Part shown: piece after piece, positions 57,955-64,000 of the stretch
Position numbering within the stretch: position 1 is the stretch's first letter
How the letters are laid out: every line of letters begins with the position of its first letter
From: Bacilli bacterium
GTDB lineage: Bacteria; Bacillota_I; Bacilli_A; RFN20; CAG-826
Length of the DNA stretch: 64,000 bases
Assembly: GCA_017470115.1 (NCBI GenBank)
Contig: JAFUEZ010000002.1
Coordinates: 49,665 to 113,664, forward strand
Direction: 5' to 3'
Notes under the pieces: model-generated
The model's database searches: none
Told to the model about the DNA's origin: nothing
Seen by the model: only the letters and a program-made list of their open reading frames with translations
Program-made: the position numbers and the translations under genes

Positions 57955-58744
57955 ATTTAATGTTTAAAATCTCTAATGAGTTTTTAAAAGAAATATTTTG
58001 CATTTCTTCATAAGTTAAATTTAACATTTCAGCAGCATATTTGATTGTTTCACATATATATTTTGGCTCATTCATTTTTCCTCTATAAGGAGTAGGGGCT
58101 AAATAAGGGGCATCTGTTTCAAATACAATGCTTTCTTTTTTTATATTTAATAAGGTTTCTTTACTATCTTTAGAATTCTTAAAAGTCAAAACTCCGCCAA
58201 AAGCGATCTTGTAACCAAGCTTTTCAAACTCTTTTGCCATTTCTTTGCTGCCTGAATAACAGTGCATAATTCCGGTTTTTTTAACTTTGTTTTCTTTTAA
58301 AACATTGTAACAATCTTGAATTGCGTTTCTACAATGTATAGAAATAGGTAAATTTAGTTCGTTTGCAAGCTCAATTTGCTCCTTAAACATGATTTTTTGC
58401 TTTTCTTTTATCTCTGGAGCGTTCTCCCAATAATAATCAAGTCCGATTTCTCCGATAGAAATCACCTTTTTTGATGTTTTAGCAAGGGAGCGAATTTCAT
58501 CAATAGTTGATGTTTTTCCTTCCTCTTTTAAGACGTATTGCTTATGTTCTGTAGGAATTACACCTATTGCAGCGTATATTTCTTTATGTTTTTCAGCTAA
58601 ATTAATAGCTAATTTGCTACTTTCTAAATCATATCCTATACATAAAAACCTATTTACGCCTAATTTTATTGCTTCAGAAAAATATTTATCAAAATCTTGA
58701 TAAATTCTTTCGTCATTAAAATGTATGTGTGTATCAAAAATCAT
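57947..58744 (-). CDS. tatD: TatD-family metal-dependent DNase/hydrolase.
   Basis: The N-terminus is MIFDTHIHFN, with HCYSG and ETDAPYL motifs. Confidence 0.85.
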   Translation of the reverse strand: MIFDTHIHFNDERIYQDFDKYFSEAIKLGVNRFLCIGYDLESSKLAINLAEKHKEIYAAIGVIPTEHKQYVLKEEGKTSTIDEIRSLAKTSKKVISIGEIGLDYYWENAPEIKEKQKIMFKEQIELANELNLPISIHCRNAIQDCYNVLKENKVKKTGIMHCYSGSKEMAKEFEKLGYKIAFGGVLTFKNSKDSKETLLNIKKESIVFETDAPYLAPTPYRGKMNEPKYICETIKYAAEMLNLTYEEMQNISFKNSLEILNIKYE

Positions 58745-58745
58745 T

Positions 58746-60071
58746 TTATTTCCCTACACAAAATCTTGAAAAGATTTCTGCAGCAATATCAAAATCGTTA
58801 TCTTCTCCAGTTAAAGACAAAACTTTAAGATATGCATCATGAATTTCGCTGTTAATAATATCAACAGGAACATTGGCCATATTATCTAACTTAATTCTTA
58901 TTAATTGGCTCTTTAAATTTTCTAAAATTCCTAATTCTCTTGTATTCGCAACAGAAGGGTTGGAGTAGTTGCTCTTTGATAAGCCGAGATGTTTAATAAT
59001 TTCTTCTTTTAACGGATTAATATCATCTTTTAAAGCAGAAACAAACAAATTATTTTTCCCATCATTATCGTATAAATCTGCTTTATTATAAACAGTGATA
59101 TATTCTTTATCTTTAACGAATTCTAAGATCTTTTTATCTTCATCGTCTAATTTCAGCGAATCAAAAATTACTAAAACTAAATCAGCTTCGTTTAGTTTAT
59201 CTATACTCTTTTTAATACCTATTCCTTCAACTAAATCATTACTTTCTCTAATTCCGGCTGTGTCATATAAGTTAATAACGATGCCGTTTAAATTAATCTT
59301 TCCTTCGACGACGTCTCTAGTAGTTCCTTTAACATCAGTGACAATCGCTTTTTCTTCTTGCAATAATGCATTTAAAATTGATGATTTACCAACATTAGGT
59401 TTTCCTACTAAGGCGACTTTTATGCCATCTTTAATAATTTTTCCTTTGTTTCCGCTTTCTATTAAATTCTCTATATATTTAATGTTTTCCGTGCAAAATT
59501 CATTTATTTTTTCAAAATTTGCCTCTTCGATATCAGTGTATTCAGGATAATCAATGTTTACTTCAATCAAACTTAATATGTCACCAAAACTCTTTTTTAG
59601 TGGCTCTATGAGTTTTGAGGTTTTTCCTGTTAAGGCCATCATTGATATCTTTTTACTTTCTTCGCTTTCTGCATTAATTAAATCATTAATGGATTCAGCT
59701 TGAATCAAATCCATTTTATTATGCATATAACTTCTTGAAGAAAATTCTCCACCTAAAGCAAGTCGAGCACCATATTTAACTGCAACTTCAACAATCTTAT
59801 TAAAAATAAGAGGTGACCCATGGCAAATAATTTCAACGCTATCTTCACCAGTAAATGAGTGTGGACCTTTATAAGTTAGTAAAACTACTTCATCGATAAT
59901 TTCATCATTATCTTTTATAAATCCGTGGTGAATTGTTGATTTAGTAGTAGTGGTTAAATCTTTAGAGAAAAATTTGCTCACTACAAAAAAACAATCATCA
60001 CCGCTTAATCTAATGATTGCAAGGGCACTTTTAATAGGTGCGGTAGCAAGGGCAACAATTGTTTCGTACAT
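58746..60071 (-). CDS. mnmE: tRNA modification GTPase MnmE.
   Basis: The G-domain motifs are GKPNVGKSS, DTAG and NKAD. The C-terminus is CVGK. Confidence 0.95.
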   Translation of the reverse strand: MYETIVALATAPIKSALAIIRLSGDDCFFVVSKFFSKDLTTTTKSTIHHGFIKDNDEIIDEVVLLTYKGPHSFTGEDSVEIICHGSPLIFNKIVEVAVKYGARLALGGEFSSRSYMHNKMDLIQAESINDLINAESEESKKISMMALTGKTSKLIEPLKKSFGDILSLIEVNIDYPEYTDIEEANFEKINEFCTENIKYIENLIESGNKGKIIKDGIKVALVGKPNVGKSSILNALLQEEKAIVTDVKGTTRDVVEGKINLNGIVINLYDTAGIRESNDLVEGIGIKKSIDKLNEADLVLVIFDSLKLDDEDKKILEFVKDKEYITVYNKADLYDNDGKNNLFVSALKDDINPLKEEIIKHLGLSKSNYSNPSVANTRELGILENLKSQLIRIKLDNMANVPVDIINSEIHDAYLKVLSLTGEDNDFDIAAEIFSRFCVGK

Positions 60072-60073
60072 TT

Positions 60074-60718
60074 TTATTCTTCAGTTTCAACCTCTTCTTG
60101 AGGTTCTTCATTTCCTTCTTGAGGAGCGTATTTAATAACGATAGCTCTTAATTTTCCATCTCCAACAGATTCTGTTTTAATGTTCTTCCAAGTACTAAGA
60201 GCATTATGAATTTTCTTTCTTTCATCTGGTGTCATAGGATCTAATTTGACATCGATGTGTGTTTTTAATACTTCTTTTGCACAACGTTTTGCAATTGAAA
60301 TAACTTTGAAATATTTTTTGTCTTTGTAGCCGCCAACATCAAGTAAAATCTTATATTTCTTTGAGAAGTTGCTTGAAACAGCAAGTTTTGTTAATTCGTT
60401 TAATGATTGTAAACAAGCACCGTTTTTACCAATTAAAACTGAATTTTTGTTTGTTTCAAGTAAAACTTTGATAACGTCATCTCTATAGAATGTTTTGACA
60501 CTACAATCCATACCTAAATTGCGACATATATCTTTAATATATTCTTCTATAAATTCGATAACGTCCGATGTTTCTTCAACAGCGATAGTGACTTTTTTAA
60601 CGAAGAGACCTTTTTTCTCTTCTTCAATTACATATTTAATATCTTTTTCTTCGACTTGAAGATCGGCAGCAGCCTCTTTAAGACATTCTTCAAGTGTCTT
60701 AGCTGTATATTTTCTCAT
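60074..60718 (-). CDS. khpB: Jag/KhpB RNA-binding protein (KH and R3H domains).
   Basis: The R3H motif is KKIHNALS in a DPMTPDERKKIH context. It sits in the conserved position between yidC and mnmE. Confidence 0.8.
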   Translation of the reverse strand: MRKYTAKTLEECLKEAAADLQVEEKDIKYVIEEEKKGLFVKKVTIAVEETSDVIEFIEEYIKDICRNLGMDCSVKTFYRDDVIKVLLETNKNSVLIGKNGACLQSLNELTKLAVSSNFSKKYKILLDVGGYKDKKYFKVISIAKRCAKEVLKTHIDVKLDPMTPDERKKIHNALSTWKNIKTESVGDGKLRAIVIKYAPQEGNEEPQEEVETEE

Positions 60719-60721
60719 GAA

Positions 60722-62551
60722 TTATCTCCCTTTTTCTAATCGTTTAAGCAATACAAAGTGCATAATTATTGATTGAATGATGTTAAATAAAGCACCTGCA
60801 AACCAATAAACACCCATTGCTGATGGTAAACTGAAGCCCATAATGATAATGAAGATTGTCATAATCCATTGAGTCATCTTCATAGTCTTGTTTTGATCTT
60901 GTTGTGTATTAGATTTACCAAGTTTTTGAATTGTACTGTTTCTCTTTTTGTTTAACCATTGTGGTACAAACATTGCGCAAACTTGTCCGGCACTCATAAG
61001 TAAAATAAGAATAAGTGCTGTCCACCAGCCACCATTTCCTGGCCATCCAGTGAAGTTACTTAAAACTCCCCAAATAGTATCTGATAATCTTAAGCCTAAG
61101 AATGCGTCGCTTGAAAGAGAAGCACATCCTTGTAATGCGTTCCAAACACTAATAAAAACTGGGAATTGAACAATTAATGTTAAGAATGTCAATGCAGGTC
61201 TAACTTTATACTTCTTATATAAAGCCATTTGCGCTTGAGTCATTTTTTGTTTTTCATAGTTATTTGAATTTGCGTTTGGATATTTTTGTTGCAATTTAGC
61301 AATTTCAGGTTGTAACATTTGCATCTTTTGTTGTGAAAGTGTTGATGGAAGTGTAACTAACATGAATAAAAGTCTAATAATTACTGTTGTAAGTAAAACG
61401 GCTAAAATTTGACCGCCACCATTCATTCCAAATGCGTGAGCAAAGTTTTCTGTCATAGTAGCAATTGGATAAACAAATAAGCCTTCCAAGAATCCGTGTT
61501 TTGCAAAAGCCTCACCCCATCCTTGATAGAAATCGTATCCTTTTCCTTCGATAAAGACAGAATCGTTTAAAGGATCGTTGCTTGTATGACCATAGAAACC
61601 ATCTTCAACAGTAATACATGTTTTTAATGTACTAACTTTACTTGCAAGAGTGTTCTTATAAGTATTTAAAAAGTTGGCGCTCATTGCTTCATCAGCATCA
61701 ATAATACCGTTTGAAACTAAATCATCATTCCATTTTTCTAGATGAGCATAATAATTAGGTTTGTTTTTAGCGTCTAATGAATCTTTTTCATTGAAAAATT
61801 TATTGTGACCTAATGTGGTTAAAAATGAATAATACCTTCCTGGTAAGGTACTTGATTTTGCCTCTTCTGTAGAATCACCATTGAGAAGTTTGTTTAGCTT
61901 TTCTTGTGTTGGTTCGGTTCTATATGAATCAAGCGCTTCATAAGTATAGCCATTCATTTGAGCATAAGTGATATTGCTTAAAGATACATCTTTTAACCAA
62001 TCGTAAGCTTTATCGGCTGTATTTTGTTCATCAATATATGACAAAAAGACATCGTCAAGTTCTTGCCAAAATCTTAAATTTGGTGTCATTATCCCGTTCT
62101 TTTTACATGCTTCAATTAAAGAAGATGTAAAAGAATTGAGACCAAATGTGACAGTTATATCGTTTCTTTTTGAATTCTTATCTAAAAGAGTTGCATTAGG
62201 TGCAGTAATTTCAATCGCATTCAATGCATAAAGGTCTGTATTTATTTGTCTAAAAACTAAGTCAGATGAATAATCTTTAATTTCGTATTTTCTTGTTGCT
62301 TGATCATAAACTTTGACTTTAAAAGTTGATTTATCTAATTGACTTAGATCTACATCCTTTTGTTTTTGGAAAGTTTCAAAAACAAAGTCGTCGCCTTGTT
62401 CAGTTGTTTCAAAGAAAGTAGTATTTATTGGATCGTAATTGTATAAATAATTACTGATATCGTTTTCAGAACAAAAAGAATTACAAGCCGTAAGTAGAAG
62501 TGCTCCACCAACAAGCCCAGCTAATCCGATAATTTTTCCTTTTTTGTTCAT
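60722..62551 (-). CDS. yidC: YidC/Oxa1-family membrane protein insertase. It is a lipoprotein with an unusually large N-terminal extracytoplasmic domain of about 350 aa.
   Basis: The lipobox is LLLTAC. The C-terminal 5-TM insertase core spans ILAVLLTTVIIRLLF...QQKMQ...KYKVRP. Its position downstream of rnpA agrees. Confidence 0.85.
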   Translation of the reverse strand: MNKKGKIIGLAGLVGGALLLTACNSFCSENDISNYLYNYDPINTTFFETTEQGDDFVFETFQKQKDVDLSQLDKSTFKVKVYDQATRKYEIKDYSSDLVFRQINTDLYALNAIEITAPNATLLDKNSKRNDITVTFGLNSFTSSLIEACKKNGIMTPNLRFWQELDDVFLSYIDEQNTADKAYDWLKDVSLSNITYAQMNGYTYEALDSYRTEPTQEKLNKLLNGDSTEEAKSSTLPGRYYSFLTTLGHNKFFNEKDSLDAKNKPNYYAHLEKWNDDLVSNGIIDADEAMSANFLNTYKNTLASKVSTLKTCITVEDGFYGHTSNDPLNDSVFIEGKGYDFYQGWGEAFAKHGFLEGLFVYPIATMTENFAHAFGMNGGGQILAVLLTTVIIRLLFMLVTLPSTLSQQKMQMLQPEIAKLQQKYPNANSNNYEKQKMTQAQMALYKKYKVRPALTFLTLIVQFPVFISVWNALQGCASLSSDAFLGLRLSDTIWGVLSNFTGWPGNGGWWTALILILLMSAGQVCAMFVPQWLNKKRNSTIQKLGKSNTQQDQNKTMKMTQWIMTIFIIIMGFSLPSAMGVYWFAGALFNIIQSIIMHFVLLKRLEKGR

Positions 62552-62884
62552 TTATCTCTCCTTAATAGTATTGAGTAACGAAACGAGTAAAGTTTCAGCT
62601 TTAGTAAAATCGTTTTTATCATAGTTTTTGCTAATTACAACGACCAAATCTTTATTTAATTCTTTTAAATCAAGAGTATTGTCGATAATTGATCTAACTT
62701 GTCTTTTGATTTTAACTCTTGTAACAGCTATGCCATTCTTTTTAGTAACTAGCAATCCAATGCGTCCGTGTTCTTGTGTTTTTTCGCGATAATAAATAGT
62801 AAAGTATTCGTTTCTTACAAATTTACGCAAGTTGATGATTTCTTGGAATTCGCGAAATTTCTTTACTCGATTAATCTTTTTCAT
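62552..62884 (-). CDS. rnpA: Ribonuclease P protein component.
   Basis: It is a 110-aa basic protein with the RNR-like motif and lies immediately downstream of rpmH, overlapping it in a TAATG arrangement. Confidence 0.85.
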   Translation of the reverse strand: MKKINRVKKFREFQEIINLRKFVRNEYFTIYYREKTQEHGRIGLLVTKKNGIAVTRVKIKRQVRSIIDNTLDLKELNKDLVVVISKNYDKNDFTKAETLLVSLLNTIKER

Positions 62885-63024
62885 TATTTAGAAACAGTTA
62901 AGACTTTTCTTCCTTTCTTTCTTCTTAAAGCTAAAACTTTTCTTCCGTGGCTTGTAGCCATTCTTGCTCTGAAGCCATGAACTCTCATTTTATGGAGTTT
63001 ACTTGGTTGGTAAGTTCTTTTCAT
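62884..63024 (-). CDS. rpmH: 50S ribosomal protein L34 (46 aa). It is not in the ORF track because it is under 60 aa.
   Basis: The sequence is [46 protein letters not shown]. Confidence 0.9.
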   Translation of the reverse strand: MKRTYQPSKLHKMRVHGFRARMATSHGRKVLALRRKKGRKVLTVSK

Positions 63025-63452
63025 AATATTAAATCCTCCTAATATGCACTGAAAATTATATATGTATTAATACATATAAGTCAAACAAAATTGGTTTTAA
63101 AATTATTAAAAAAATCCTTAATTTTCATCTTTTTTCCACACTTCATTTTCTAATTAACATGCATGTGGATTTCCTTTAATTTTTATGTAGAAAAGTTCAT
63201 TTTATACGAATATCTTGAACTATTTTGATTGTGGATTATTTTACCTTTGGTGGAGACTTTTCCTACTTTTCAACAGAAATTTACTTTTCCACTTTTTCCA
63301 CACAGTTTTCCACATCGAAAAGTTGTGGAAATTTTATAAGTGCGATTACTGTCGATATTTTTAAATTTGTGCTATGTGGAAAACTCAAAAAACGCCTATT
63401 TTTCGCTACTTTTTATTCTTGCTTTGATATAAAATTTTTGCAGGAGAAAAAC
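63025..63452. other. Chromosomal replication origin region (oriC): an AT-rich segment with at least six DnaA boxes of TTTTCCACA / TGTGGAAAA type.
   Basis: Boxes occur at about 63131 (TTTTCCACA), 63163 (TGTGGATTT), 63277 (TTTTCCACT), 63289 and 63306 (TTTTCCACA), 63333 (TGTGGAAAT) and 63375 (TGTGGAAAA). The region is flanked by rpmH and dnaA. Confidence 0.85.
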
Positions 63453-64000
63453 ATGAAAACTTTTACCATTAGTGAAATAAATGAGTGTCGGAACCATATT
63501 TCAACGACTTTAGCACGTGAATATGACAAACCATTATATGATGCATTTTTTAAAAAAATAAGAGTTTATAGTGTCGCTTCAGATAAAATTGTCCTTGTCG
63601 CAGATGGTGCTCTTTCTAAAACAATTTTAGAGCAAAAATATGCTAGAGAATTAGAAGACAGATTCTATGATCTCACTATGACCAGATTTACTGTCGCTTT
63701 TATTCAAGAGAGTCAAATTTCAGAAGCCACAGAAGAACAAAATGACTTAGCTCAATATGGAGACTTTTTTAAGGGGTCGTTTGTTGATCCAAATTATACT
63801 TTTGACAACTTTGTTGTCGGACAAAATAACCAAGAAGCTCAAAAGGCTAGCTTGATTGTCGCAGAAACACCAGGGAATATTTTCCAGACTTTATTCATTT
63901 ATGGTGGAAGTGGTTTAGGAAAAACTCACCTTTTAAACGCAATTGGAAATTATATTAAAAATTCTAATCCTGAAAAGAAAATTCTTTATACATCTAGCCA
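63453..64000 (+). CDS. dnaA: Chromosomal replication initiator protein DnaA; N-terminal part only, since the 3' end lies outside the window.
   Basis: An AGGAG ribosome-binding site precedes the start. The N-terminus is MKTF...; the AAA+ Walker A is GGSGLGKTHLL. Confidence 0.95.
   Translation, partial: MKTFTISEINECRNHISTTLAREYDKPLYDAFFKKIRVYSVASDKIVLVADGALSKTILEQKYARELEDRFYDLTMTRFTVAFIQESQISEATEEQNDLAQYGDFFKGSFVDPNYTFDNFVVGQNNQEAQKASLIVAETPGNIFQTLFIYGGSGLGKTHLLNAIGNYIKNSNPEKKILYTSS

Noticed and set aside
1-64000. An alternative genetic code (UGA=Trp, Mollicutes) suggested by the AT-rich composition.
   Set aside because: Large genes (mfd, ftsH, ppdK, the GH3 genes) are intact under the standard code, and TGA is used as a terminator (for example the hydrolase gene at 26611-26613), so the standard code applies.
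1-64000. CRISPR arrays, transposases or integrases, prophage genes, and rRNA operons.
   Set aside because: No regularly spaced direct repeats with unique spacers were seen. No DDE-transposase or tyrosine/serine-recombinase-like ORFs were found. There are no rRNA-like conserved segments. The only dispersed repeats are the short TGCAGG motif and the terminator palindromes.

Overview
This is a low-GC (about 30%) window read with the standard genetic code. Its right end is the chromosomal origin: ispE-rsmA-rnmV-tatD-mnmE-jag-yidC-rnpA-rpmH on the minus strand, a DnaA-box cluster (oriC), then the start of dnaA on the plus strand. Leftward, a block with Bacillus-like order (pth-mfd-S4 protein-tilS-ftsH-dus-lysS, a tRNA-Leu, rpsF-ssb-rpsR) is interleaved with accessory loci: ppdK, an FGGY sugar kinase, a TetR plus heterodimeric ABC exporter, a TetR/hydrolase/MFS/acyltransferase cluster, a STAS-kinase plus PP2C-GHKL signalling locus, a YefM/YoeB toxin-antitoxin pair, and an AgrC/AgrA-like two-component system next to a GH3 glycosidase operon. 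A second GH3 paralog, a GGDEF diguanylate cyclase and a large repeat-containing surface lipoprotein (partial at the window start) complete the picture. The organism looks like a carbohydrate-degrading Firmicute (Erysipelotrichia/Acholeplasma-like). No transposases, integrases, CRISPR arrays or rRNA genes are present. The most unusual features are: (1) a STAS domain fused to a eukaryote-like (APH-type) kinase, close to a sensor with fused PP2C phosphatase and GHKL kinase domains and with no sigma factor nearby; (2) a recurring 17-20 nt motif RGTTTTTGCAGGGTTTTT at nine or more intergenic sites, mostly beside terminators; (3) TGGGACA direct repeats at 21-bp spacing, consistent with LytTR-regulator binding sites, upstream of the two-component operon and the GH3 operon. 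Coordinates counted by hand inside lines may be off by 1-2 nt.
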